Both the position numbers and the translations under genes were made by a program. The notes under the pieces were generated by a model, which worked only from the letters and a program-made list of their open reading frames with translations, made no database searches and had not been told where the DNA came from. This document shows positions 1 through 12,400 of a DNA stretch of 64,000 nt, in pieces. The DNA comes from Dicyema japonicum (lineage: Eukaryota; Animalia; Dicyemida), in contig RDEW01000001.1 of assembly GCA_011109175.1 (NCBI GenBank), forward strand, positions 5,724 to 69,723, written 5' to 3'. Each line of letters opens with the position of its first letter. Within the stretch, counting starts at the first letter, position 1.

Positions 1-781
1 GCAATGAAAGTGATTAGATGTGACGATATATTCGGCAACATACACCCCTTTTTGATTCTACGGTTGTAGAGGGAGTGATAGCTAGTGCGTATAAAACCCG
101 AAATATGGCGAACTATACCTGGTTAAGATGAAGCCAGTGGAAACACTGGTGGAGGTCTATCGCGGTTCTGACGTGCAAATCGATTGTCGACGCTGAATAT
201 AGGGGCGAAATACTAATCAAGCCATCTAGTAGCTGGTTCTCTCCGAAATTTATCTCAGGATAGCTGGCGCTCGAGACTAGTTTCATATGTTAAAGCGAAT
301 GATTAGAGGATTTGTGCTTATACGAATGCAAACTATTCTCAAACTTTAAACGTGTGAGAAGTGTGACTAACTTGAGTGTAGTCATACGTAAAATAAGGGT
401 GCCAAGTGGGCAAATTATGGTAATCATGACTGATGCTGTGGGATGAACCAAACGTCTGGTTAAGGTGCTTGACTATACGCACACAGGATACCATAAAAAG
501 TGTCACTTGATTATGACAACAGGAAGGTGACCTTAGTAGTTTGAAGCCTCTAGTGTAATAACTCACCAGTCGAATTAACTGGCCTTGAAAATGGATGGCG
601 CTGTAGCGTCTGACTAATACCGGGCCGTTGTGGCAATGTAAGTTTAACTTGCTAAAGATAGGTCACAACGAGTAGGAGAGCGTGGAGGTAGCGCAAAAGT
701 CATGTATGTGAGTACTGGTGGAGCTGCTCTCTAGTGCAGATCTTGGTGGTAGTAGCAATTACTCAAATGGGAACTTTGAGG
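1..781 (+). rRNA. 28S/LSU rRNA fragment, copy A (runs off window start; truncated at 3' side)
   Basis: Conserved LSU motifs GGGGCGAAA..CTAATC, CCATCTAGTAGCTGGTTC, GAAAATGGATGGCGCT, AGTGCAGATCTTGGTGGTAGTAGCAA; similarity stops after AACTTTGAG at ~781. Confidence 0.9.
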
Positions 782-3169
782 AAATCTAAAAAGTTAGTAA
801 GAATTGAGAGCTTGATTTAAATTTATCTGAAAACCATGTCTGTAGCTGCATTCCGTAAAATTATTTGTTATCTTCAAAATTAAGTCAATGAGAATTGTTC
901 AGCGTGGAAGCTTCAAGAATTATGTTATTTGAGACTGACTACTTTGACGGTAGTTAGTATTTGAAAATTATGGCTAACGTCGACGAAATTGGTGGAAGTG
1001 GGTGATTAAAAAAAGAATATCAGAGAAAAGCAGTGGATTTCTGTCAATGGCGTCAAATCGACAGGCACCGCTTATGAGTGTTCATTATTTTGAAACTTGT
1101 TACCGCAACTCGTGTCATGATTTGACTCTGATTCAGCGACAGACCTCCTTTATGGTTCATTGCGTACTGCTACATTCGAGTCAAGGATAGCATCTCTTTT
1201 CAGGAAGTTTGCCTCTTTCTATTTTAATTCTTTGATCGACACAATAGAAAACGCTTAAACTTTACGCTCGTCCTTATATACCAGAACAACGATACTCTCC
1301 TACAGGGTGCGTGCATCCACATGTTTGGCGGAACAGAGCCCTTACGTCCATAGCATGATATTGAAGTTGACAATAATTTTTGACAAATTTAAACAAATAA
1401 TAAATTGTATTTTGTGTAAACGTGCCCCGGTTATTATATTTTCTTTATAAAGCATTGGGCAAACTGACCTCATTTATAATGGTATCTTCATCTGAGAGGA
1501 AAAACGGGTATTTCAAGAAAACTGTGAACTGCAGTAATTTTGAATAATGGTTATTGCAAAGATACATTGCTTAGTTTGACACAACAGTATTCTCACACCG
1601 AAAGAGTACAACACAAAAAGATATTATAAACCTAACTATTGTAATAAATACTGCGTGTATAAACACTCAAGGAATTGAAGGCTAAGCAACATGCATGTTT
1701 TACAAAAATAGACCAGTTAATGTCGTATAAAGTAGAGTTTGATAGACAGATAACACGGCAGTCATCGTCAGGACGTAGTTTATTCATATTCCTCATGATT
1801 TTCTACACTAAGGAATATTATAACTCATATTTTCCATAGGTTTAAGTTTATCGTTAATCTATGTAGATAGATATGGATACTTGGGTCAATGAGGCCTCTC
1901 AAATAAACTTTCCTTTCTGCCTGAGCAATATCCTCTGATTAAGATTGCATTATGAAAACTATTCCGCTAAAGAATGAAGTGATATCCGTGACGGTAGGAC
2001 GTGGAACAAAAATGGAAGAGGCCGGACCTACTTTCCCACCTCCCTTCGGAAGCGGAAGTCTGTAATGAAGTGTTAAACGATGGATTTGGTCGGCACAATC
2101 AGATGTTCTCCATTTGGTTCTTTCTTTGGATTGTTAGTTATGACTGTTTGTGTTGGGCTTACAATGGTAAGCCTGGGGTTATTAATAATAATTATTATTT
2201 AATCAAAATAGTGATTGTCGGACGGCCAGTCATTACTATGGGGAACCTAAGGTACCAAATATTTACTCGAATTTGATGAGACCTTCCAGTTATTAGATAA
2301 CCTGAATTATAATATCAATTCCAACATTTAATAAAACTGCACCCTTCATTGTAAAATTCTCTAGAAAAAAGTATTGCTAACAAATCTTTCCATGGAAATT
2401 ACCGAGAAGGAATTAACAAATAAAATAGGTAAATGGGACTCGATGATGTCACTGAAACTTACATTAATCATACTTTGAAAATATCCTTCCACTTGACAAA
2501 TGTACTTTTTTTAGCTTTCCTCTTGAGAATCAACATAAGGAAAAATGATGCTTATTTGAATATTGTGAATTAATTAAGTATTGATGTCACTGAAGCCACT
2601 GGCGTCTATTTGGACATATCAAGTGACTTAACCTAGCAGCCCTGCAAACTTGGTAATGGAATTTTATTACTCCATTGACTGCCTATTAGGCATTACGTAT
2701 CCGACCACGCACAACCTTGCCAATTCTTCATGCTTAAGATACTCAATGTGTAGACAGTTAAATTAAATGGTATTGATACACACTATGACCCCAGTTTGAG
2801 GAACCAATTTTAAAAAGAAAATTCAAAGGCTTTACAGTATTTTTAAAAATCATGCCTTCGAATAATTTGTGTGCACAGTGTTCTTTATCGACATAATCTA
2901 TTTCCAAAATTTAGTGAACTTAATTATTATGACAAAAAACTATAATTAAAATAAAATCAACAGTAAGGATGACCGACTATTTAAGAAATTTTGCATTTAT
3001 GCGGATGAAACGTACATACGTCTATATATCATACTGAGGTTTAAAATTAAATTCACGTATTCGCTCGTCATCATAGGAAAATGCAGTGAACTCATTTGGT
3101 TTGGCAGAATTAAAGATTAAAGAAAACTGTGGAACTCGATCTCTTAGATAATCTTGTACTTTACAACTT

Positions 3170-4090
3170 CATATCTTGTTAAAGCCAACCATGTTCCGAC
3201 CATTATCGAAGAAAATGATGTCAACCCGTAGAGCGTTTGTCATCGTCTCTGATGAGACCAATCGTCTCCAAAATACAGTGGTAACCAGCAGAAGCAAGTG
3301 GGATTTTCAACGTCACGTTAAGATAGGCATGCCTTGGAATTCGGTCAGTGCTCAACCTACACGACAGTGGATGGTAGCCGTATGGATCGATCAAACGTCC
3401 ACAACGACATTTTCTCTCCGCACATACTGTAAGACCAAGACGTAGCGAGGCTGCTATTATCACTGGCTCATCATGCAGCAGGTTTCCAATCTCAGCACAA
3501 AAATAGGCGTTCGACCAGACATCTGCTGAATGGCAGCTAGACGTTTTGAGAAATGTAATTCTTCTCACATCCCTGTGCTCTCAAGTTACTTCCTCTCTTT
3601 TTTTAAAGACACGTCTTGAATGCGCTTTCTGATTAGCACCGCCCTCCAGAACATTAATAATCACGTCCATAGTCATCAAAATGATATCTAAAATCGCTTC
3701 GAGTGTTGACTTAATTTCAGCATTAAGGAAAGATAGGAAATCCTCTTTATCATAAAAAGGAAAACTTAGGAAGTTGAAAAGCTTTTTGGAAAGCAGAAGA
3801 TAGTTTTGAGCATTGAAACTTCAACACGCCTTCCAGGATCAATCTGTCAGGAAGACTCGAATATGATGTCGACAAAAAGATATTTTGGCGTTCTTTTCAT
3901 GCTAACGTCAAGGATGACATCTCTTCTAATTGAGTTGAAAGTGTTTCGCAGATCCAATTTGAAAAGGACGCTATAAACTTCAGATGACAGCCTGGCGAAC
4001 TTCCTTACCACATGAACCTTTTACTTCGCATTCGCTCTGACTCCCACGCACAGTAGTAATAGGATTCGCAAGAACCGATCGATAAGCAAT
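3170..4090 (-). mobile_element. Degenerate CRE-like (RLE-type) non-LTR retrotransposon fragment, copy A
   Basis: LRLG..C.CG..D..G.H.LSC..RH..LN zinc-knuckle followed by LE..GL.RDD.KR (PD-D/ExK nuclease start); upstream RT motif LDLRNTFNS. Confidence 0.7.
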
Positions 4091-4537
4091 ATCTCCAGAA
4101 ATTTTAAATAAATGGGAATTAACAATACTAAAATATAATTCCGAGATTTAAACTATTAGAAAAAATATTTAAAATAAAGATTCAAAAATTCAAAAAATTC
4201 GAGAAACCGAGAATTCTGGTTTTTACAGTGCATTAGTAATTTTTAATTTTTTTCCAAACGCAAAGAGGAACTCTGATCATTTGGAGTAGCTTATTAACCT
4301 TGGCAATAGGTAAGATTGATCGAAATTTAGATGCTTCACACATGCTGAAAAATCATTAATCATCCCGAATCTGCTAGATTCCAATCCGCCACTTTTTGAA
4401 AATCCCACGTCATTGCTGTGTACACAAAGACAATAAGAGCACGTCAATTTCTACATTTAAAACTGAAGGTAAGGAAGTATTATTATTAGTGTCACTAATT
4501 TGTGTTAGTTATTTGACTGGGGAGGCTGGTGGAAATA

Positions 4538-4829
4538 CAATGCGACCCCTAATTGCGGAAACCCAAGTAGCGGGGAAACCCTCTTTTTTGGGGAAATATT
4601 TTCGCCATCCCTATAAAATACGATGATTTTAAAGAAGTAAACCCCCTACTGAGGAAAAAATTTATATTATCATAAACGATTCATTAATATATTTCTATAA
4701 TTTTGATTTATTATTATTTATTTATTCTAACCTTTTACCAAATTTATTATCAATAATTTTGAAACTTATTTAACCTGGTGAGTTAGTTAGTTAACCAATT
4801 AACCTGGTAAGGAATTGTAATTAATTATT
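4538..4829 (+). mobile_element. Duplicated 5' end (TIR plus subterminal) of Tigger/pogo element
   Basis: TA|CAATGCGACCCC at 4536-4549, inverted copy of 6217-6501; resembles TA|CAGTCGAACCCC TIR at 54924. Confidence 0.65.
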
Positions 4830-6501
4830 TCGCACGCTCAATTATAAGCGGTTTATATTTTTCTCCTGTGTAACTGCAACACAAAAGAAGTGTCAGACGT
4901 TCTTTTCTTATTTGATGTCCGCTGTGTGACTCATTTCTTTTAACAAAACTTTTTTGGAAACGGCTTTATAAAATAAGGCAGTTTCATTACAATTGAAAAT
5001 GTTTTCTTCACCATTTTTCTCAAGCAAATCATAGAAAGTCGATCGGAAGTTTTTTGTACCTCCTTTATCAGCTGATTGTTATTCGCCATGTAATATTCTG
5101 AATTTTATTTCGAATTGTTTCTTAAATCTGTAAAGCCATCCATTGGAAGCAGTGAAATCTTGATTTGAATTTTTATATGCAATTTTACGTACAATTAGCT
5201 TTAATGTTGGCCCATTGATAGGGAAATTTTTAGACCTGAGAATACGAAAAATCTCGTAAATTTGGGCATTCAATTCGTATCCAATTGTCCCTTCGGATGT
5301 TGAGAGCCCTTGAGCTAGGATTCCTTCATTTTCTTTTTAGTCAGTATAGCATTCCTTTAGAAATGTTAAATCTTTCACAAATCAGTTTATCCTTATAGAG
5401 ACCTGACTGTATTATTATTAGCAATTTCACGAGAGCCATAATATTTACTGCATGTGCAGCAAAAAATATAAGAGAATTAGTTAGGTTGCTCCAAACTCTT
5501 CTGTTCTTTGCTAGGTCCCTCAGTGAGTCCAAATCGTCACTAGATGCCAATGTTTTCTTCACGGCTTTCAGATCGTTTTGTAGAACGACCGCGAGGGTAG
5601 TTCTCGGTCTTCCACGAAAGCGTTTTACATTGGAGGAGTAGTAATCTTCCATTGCAATGTTCGGAGGGGATATAGGGTAACCTCAAAACGTGTCCAAAAA
5701 GTCTCCAACGAGAGCTAATGATCTCGTGGCTAAATGGTATACAGTCACACTTATTGTACAGTCCATTCCACGAGATCTTGGATGGCCAGGACATTCCAGT
5801 TATGTTTCTTAGATGATTCCTGTGAAATGAGTCTAGCTTCTCCAATTCCTCTTTAGAGGTGGCCCAGGTCCCAGAATTGTATAGTAGAATTGGTTTGATG
5901 AAAGTGTCGTATAACATAATCCTTTGTTTTATGTTATATCCCTTCCGGTTTAGTCAAAGATTTTATCCTTTGTAATGCCGCATTTGCCAATGTTTTTCTC
6001 CGTATGATGTCTTCGCTATCTCCTAGTAGAGAGCCAAGTTTCTTTATGTTTCTCCATTTATCTTCGAGTGAGTTGTTCATTCGTCTTATCTCTGTCCGTT
6101 CTGTTTTTTCCCTGTTCACGGACCTGACTGTATATCCTTGCAAATTCTGATCTTTTCACTTGATTTAATTTTCTAGGCATTCGCTTTCTAAAATTTATAG
6201 AAAAACTTTAAAAATTAATAATTACAATTCCTTACCAGGTTAATTGGTTAACTAACTAACTCACCAGGTTAAATAAGTTTCAAAATTATTAATAATAAAT
6301 TTGGTAAAATAGGTTAGAATAAATAAATAATAATAAATCAAAATTATAGAAATATATTAATGAATCGTTTATATAATATAAATTTTTTCCAGTAGAGGGT
6401 TTACTTCTTTAAAATCATCGTATTTTATAGGGATGGCGAAAATATTTCCCCAAAATAGAGGGTTTCCCCGCTACTTGTTTCCGCAATTAGGGGTCGCATT
6501 G
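4830..6501 (-). mobile_element. Tigger/pogo DNA transposon, 3'-truncated, interrupted by retrotransposon
   Basis: MPRKLNQ.. start (~6180), CENP-B HTH 'GPTLKLIVRKIA..FTASNGWLYRFKKQFEI', start of DDE 'NIFNCNETALFYK'; TIR end GGGTCGCATTG|TA at 6491-6503. Confidence 0.85.
5413..6120 (-). mobile_element. 5'-truncated RTE-like non-LTR retrotransposon with 13 bp TSD
   Basis: RT C-terminal motifs KKLGSLLG, LYDTFIKPILLYN, RWRLFGHVLRL, RGRPRTT; (TAA)n tail; TSD GACCTGACTGTAT at 5400-5412 and 6121-6133. Confidence 0.9.
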
Positions 6502-9500
6502 TATTTCCACCAGCCTCCCCAGTCAAATAACTAACATGAACTAGCAACACTAATAATAATACTTCCTTACTTTCAGCTTTAAATATAGAAATTGACGTGC
6601 TCTTATTGTCTTTGTGTACACAGTAATGACGTGGGATTTTCAAAAGTGGCGATTGGAAATCTAGCAGATTCGGGATGATTAATGATTTTTCAGCATGTGT
6701 GAAGCATCTAAATTTCGATCAATCTTACCTATTGCCAATGTTAATGAGCTACTCCAAATGATCAGAGTTCCTTCTTTGTGTTTGGAAAAAAATTAAAAAT
6801 TACTAATGCACTGTAAAAACCAGAATTTTCGGTTTCTCGAATTTTTTTGAATCTTTAAATCTTTATTTTATATATTTTCTAATATTTGAAATTTCGGAAT
6901 TATATTTTAGTATTTTAATTCCCATTAATTTAAAAATTTCTGGAGAGATTGCTTATCGATCGGTCTTGCGAATCCCATTACTGCTGTGCGTGGGAAGTCA
7001 GAGCGAATGCGAAGTAAGGTTCATCTGGTTAAGGAAGTTCGCCAGGCTGTCATCTGAAGTTTATAGCGTCCCTTTTCAAATTGGATCTGCGAAACACTTT
7101 CAACTCAGTTAGAAGAGATGTCATCCTTGACGTTAGCTTGAAAAGAACGCCAAAATATCTTTTGTCGACGAATCATATTCGAGTCTTCCCTGATAGATTG
7201 ATCCTGGACAGGTGTGTTGGACTTTTAATGCTCAAAAACTGTCTTCTGTTTCCCAAAATGCTTTTCAACTTCCAAGTTTCCTTTTATGATAAAGAGGATT
7301 TCCTATCTCTCCTTAATGCTGAAATTAAGTCAACACTCGAAGCGATATAAATATAATTTTGATGACTATGGACATAATTATTAATGTTCTGGAGGGCGGT
7401 GCTAATCAGAAAGCGTATTCGAGACGTGTCTTTAAAAAAAAGAAAGTAACTTGAGAGCACTGGGATATGAGAAGAATTACATTCCTCAAAACGTCTAGCT
7501 GCCATTCAGCAGATGTCTGGCGAACGCCTATCTTTGTGCTGAGATTGGCAACCTGCTGCATGATGAGCCAGTGATAATAGCAGCCTCGCTACATCTTGGT
7601 ATATGTGCGGAGCGAAAATGTCGTTGTGGACGTTTGATCGATTCATACGGCTACCATCCACTGTCGTGTAGGTTGAGCACTGACCGAATTCCAAGGCATG
7701 CCTATCTTAACGTAACGTTGAAAAAGCCACATTGCTTCTGCTGGTTACCATAGTATTTTGGAAACGATTAATCTTATCAGAAACGATGACAAACGCTTAT
7801 ACGGGTTGACATCATTCCCTTCGATAATGGTCGGAACATGGTTGGCTTTAACAAGATATGAAGTTGTAAAGTACAAGATTATCTAAGAGATCGAGTTCCA
7901 CAGTGTTGGAAACATTTCGAAACATTTATTTAATCTTTAATTCTGCCAAACTAAATGAGTTCACTGCATTTTTCTATGATGACGAGCGAATAAGTGAATT
8001 TAATTTTAAACCTCAGTATGATATATAGACGTATGTACGTTTCATCCGCATCAATGCAAAATTTCTTGAATAGTCGGTCATATTTACTGTTCGATTTTTT
8101 TTATTTATAGTTTTTTCTAACAATATTTAAGTTCACTAAACAATCTTGGAAACAAATTATGTCGATAAAGAACACTGTGCACACAAATTATTCGTGGGCA
8201 TGATTTTTAAAAATACAGTAAAGCCTTTGAATTTTCTTTTTAAAATTGGTTCCTCAAACCGGAGTCATAGTGTGTATCAATACCATCTAATATAACTGTC
8301 TACACATTGAATATCTTAAGCATGAAGAATTGGCAAGGTTGTGCGTGGTCGGACACGTAATGCCTAATAAGCAGTCAATGGAGAAACAAGATTCTATTAC
8401 CAAGTTCGCAGGGGCTGCTGGGTTGAGTCTCTTGATATGTCCAAATAGACGCCAGCGGCCTTAGTGACATCAATACTTAATTAATTCACAATATTCAAAT
8501 AAGCATCATTTTTCCTTATTGTTGACCCTCAAGAGGAAAGCTAAAAAAAGTACATTTGTCAAGTGGAAGGATATTTTCAAAGTATTATTAATATAAGTTT
8601 CAGTGGCATCATCGAGTCCCATTTACCTATTTTATTTGTTAATTCCTTCTCGGTAATTTCCATGGAAGGATTTGTTAGCAATACTTTTTTCTAGAGAATT
8701 TTACAATGAAGGGTGCAGTTTTATTAAATGTTGGAATGGATATTATAATTCAGGTTATCTAATAACTGGAAGGTCTCATCAAATTCAAGTAAATATCTGG
8801 TACTTTAGGTTCCCCATAGTAATGACTGGCCGTCCGACAATCACTATTTTGATTAAATAATAATTATTATTAACCCCAGGCTTACCATTGTAAGCCCAAC
8901 ACAACAGTCATAACTAACAATCCAAGGAAAGAACCAAATGGAGAACATCTGATTGTGCCGACCAAATCCATCGTTTAACACTTCATTACAGACTTCCGCT
9001 TCCGAAGGGAGGTGGGAAAGTAGGTCCGGCCTCTTCCATTTTTGTTCCACGTCCTACCGTCACGGACATCACTTCATTCTTTAGCGGAATAGTTTTCATA
9101 ATGCAATCTTAATCAGAGGATTTTGCTCAGGCAGAAAGGAAAGTTTATTTGAGAGGCCTCATTGACCCAAGTATCCATATCTATCTACATAGATTAACGA
9201 TAAACTTAAACCTATGGAAAATATGAGTTATAATATTCCTTAGTGTAGAAAATCATGAGGAATATGAATAAACTACGTCCTGACGATGACTGCCGTGTTA
9301 TCTGTCTATCAAACTCTACTTTATACGACATTAGCTAGTCTATTTTTGTAAAACATGCATGTTGCTTAGCCTTCAATTCCTTGAGTGTTTATACACGCAG
9401 TATTTATTACAATAGTTAGGTTTATAATATATTTTTGTGTTGTACTCTTTCGGTGTGAGAATACTGTTGTGTCAAACTAAGCAATGTATCTTTGCAATAA

Positions 9501-11040
9501 CCATTATTCAAAATTACTGCAGTTCACAGTTTTCTTGAAATACCCGTTTTTCCTCTCAGATGAAGATACCATTATAAATGAGGTCAGTTTGCCCAATGCT
9601 TTATAAAGAAAATAAATAACCGACACGTTTACACAAAATACAATTTATTATTTGTTTAAATTTGTCAAAAATTATTGTCAATTTCAATATCATGCTATGG
9701 ACGTAAGGGCTCTGTTCCGCCAAACATGTGGAAGCACGCACCTTTTAAAAGAGTATCGTTGTTCTGGTAAATAAAGACGAGCGTATAGTTTAAGCGTTTT
9801 CTATTAGTGTCGATCAAAGAGGTAAAGAGAAAAAGAGGCAAACTTCCTGACAAGAGATGCTATCTTGACTCGAATGTAGCAGTACGCAATGAACCATAAA
9901 AGGGGTCTGTCGCTGAATCAGAGTCAAATCATGACTCGAGTTGCGGTAACAAGTTTCAAAATAATGAACTGTCGATTTGACGCCATTGACAGAAATCCAC
10001 TGCTTTTTTCTGATAGTCTTTTTTTAATCACCCACTTCCACCAATTTCGTCGACGTTAGCCATAATTTTCAAATACTAACAACCGTCAAAGTAGTCAGTC
10101 TCAAATAACATAATTCTTGAAGCTTCCACGCTGAACAATTCTCATTGACTTAATTTTGAAGAAAACAAATAATTTTTGTGTTTGGTACGAAATGCAGCTA
10201 CAGACATGGTTTTCAGATAAATTTAAATCAAGCTCTCAATTCTTAAAAACTTTTTAGATTTCCTCAAAGTTCCCATTTGAGTAATTGGCTACTACCACCA
10301 AGATCTGCACTAGAGAGCAGCTCCACCAGTACTCACATACATGACTTCTGCGCTACCTCCACGCTCTCCTACTCGTTGTGACCTATCTTTAGCAAGTTAA
10401 ACTTACATTGCCACAACGGCCTGGTATTAGTCAACGCTACAGCGCCATCCATTTTCAAGGCCAGTTAATTCGACTGGTGAGTTATTACACTAGAGGCTTC
10501 CAACTACTAAGGTCACCTTCCTGTTGTCATAATCAAGTGACACTTTTAATGGTATCCTGTGTGCGTATAGTCAAGCACCTTAACCAGACGTTTGGTTCAT
10601 CCCACAGCATCAGTCATGATTATTATAATTTGCCCACTTGGCACCCTTATTTTACGTATGACTACACTCAAGTTAGTCACACTTCTCACACGTTTAAAGT
10701 TTGAGAATAGTTTGCACCCGTATAAGCACAAATCCTCTAATCATTCGCTTTAACATATGAAACTATTCTCGAGCGCCAGCTATCCTGAGATAAATTTCGG
10801 AGAGAACCAGCTACTAGATGGCTCGATTAGTATTTCGCCCCTATATTCAGCGTCGACAATCGATTTGCACGTCAGAACCGCGATAGACCTCCACCAGTGT
10901 TTCCACTGGCTTCATCTTAACCAGGTATAGTTCGCCATATTTCGGGTTTTAACGCACTAGCTATCACTCCCTCTACAACCGTAGAATCAAAAAGGTGTGT
11001 ATGTTGCCGAATATATCTCACATCTAATCACTTTCATTGC
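6217..11040 (-). repeat. Right arm of large inverted duplication
   Basis: Reverse complement of 1-4829. Confidence 0.95.
6960..7850 (+). mobile_element. Degenerate CRE-like non-LTR fragment, copy B
   Basis: ORFs 7081-7350 (LDLRNTFNSVRRD) and 7571-7753 (zinc knuckle CRCG..H.LSC..RH). Confidence 0.7.
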
Positions 11041-11660
11041 GCCGCATGGAATAACTCCATTAGACTTGCTAGTACGGTAATCTCCTTGGTCCGTGTTGCA
11101 AGACGGGTCGGATAGAACACCCTTGCAATCAAGCAAATGCCAATCCTCAGTGCTTACAAGTTGGTTATAAAATGCAGTTATTAAATAGAAAGCAACTAAT
11201 GTTACTACCCATCAAACACACAGGCAAACATAACCAACTAAAACACTCATCACAACTGTTAATTGAACAATAGTATCGAACAACATCAGGACTCTATTCG
11301 CTTCCTACTAAACGGTTTCACTCACTTTTAACCCTTTTCTCAAAGTTCTTTTCAACTTTCGTTAACAGTACTTGTCCGCTATCGAACTCGTGCATTTATT
11401 TAGTCTTAGGTAAGCTTTCCACCCACTTTGGCTTGCACTCACAAGCAAGCTGACTCCAACGACACTCGCAAATGAATATACCAGGCTACTACAGGCCTAT
11501 GGGAGATTACCTGTATAAAACTCTAAAACTCATTTTGCTCAAGTGTAAGCCGTTTTTAAGAAATTGTTACTTATTAATGAGTTCTAGCTGGAAGTTCCAT
11601 CTTAGGAGACTTTACCTTACTAAGATTCACTTAATTAGCAGTATCCGTAATTAATGAACA
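10263..11660 (-). rRNA. 28S/LSU rRNA 5'-half fragment, copy B (probable pseudogene)
   Basis: Reverse-complement LSU motifs incl. GTCCGTGTTGCAAGACGGG, TTCGCCCCTATA, CTACTACCACCAAGATCTGCACT; 5' end eroded, no 18S/5.8S recognised upstream. Confidence 0.88.
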
Positions 11661-12115
11661 CTCAGATAATGTCCCGCTATTCTTGAGAACACGTACTTGC
11701 CGAAATCGGTTTAGCCCACTATACTTGATCTTCAATAACTGCCATAATATCAGTCTTTGATACCTGAATTCTTTAAGCATCTACGCAGGAGATGGACCAA
11801 CGCAACAGCCTTCCATCTAAAATATCTTTCTTATTTGGGCATTCTACTCCACATATAGATGATCCAAGGAGCTATCAACCAACACGGCTTTCTCTACAGT
11901 ATTAAATAACATGAATAATTCTATTTGTCAAAGCATCTGACATTCTGAAAAATCCAATTTGTCCTCGATCTACCAATGTAGGCCATCAACAAACAAAATT
12001 ACGATTATTATTTACCTGAAACAAAAATCAAACTACCACGTGAGTGCAAAATGCTTAATTTCAAAGAAATATATAAATTTAATATTAATTATTCTAGAAT
12101 CGATTTTTAATTTGA

Positions 12116-12400
12116 TTTGCATTTAATTTATAAGTTCAGGTCAGGTCATAATTCTAAACAAGCAGAGGATCAGAAGAAAAGGAAGTACCGAAGCATTTCG
12201 GAGGATTACTTGTTTCTCCCATTTGTTGTTGAGAGGTCAGAAATCCTTGGCCCACAAGCGAACAATGTAGTCCCTCTGATCGGGTCAATGATCCATAGGG
12301 TCACCAAGGAACCAAATAAGACTGGATAACTTTGAGAGCGTATCTCGATAGCCATTATCAGATGATACAGCCTAGCCATTAAAGCTCTCTAAATTAAGTC
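12116..12400 (+). mobile_element. CRE-like retrotransposon C-terminal (RLE) fragment
   Basis: AEDQKKRKY..I..DYLFLPFVVE..E..G..A followed by ERISIAI, typical end of CRE-type ORF. Confidence 0.65.

Larger units (their letters stand above)
1..4829 (+). repeat. Left arm of large inverted duplication (partner 6217-11040)
   Basis: Reverse complement of 6217-11040 matches throughout (e.g. 1-10 GCAATGAAAG vs 11031-11040 CTTTCATTGC); mirrored ORFs in the ORF track (339-566 vs 10408-10704; 2001-2276 vs 8853-9050; 4396-4626 vs 6425-6643). Confidence 0.95.

Noticed and set aside
339-566. ORFs antisense to LSU (339-566, 10408-10704, 41131-41367, 11472-11654)
   Set aside because: Shadow ORFs of rRNA sequence; no independent coding evidence
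1870-2100. Alternative genetic code (TGA read-through) suggested by in-frame TGAs
   Set aside because: PPIH terminates at TGA at the conserved C-terminal position, consistent with the standard code
3245-3275. CTGATGAG-stem hammerhead-like hit (also ~15876)
   Set aside because: No GAAA core; antisense to retroelement coding sequence
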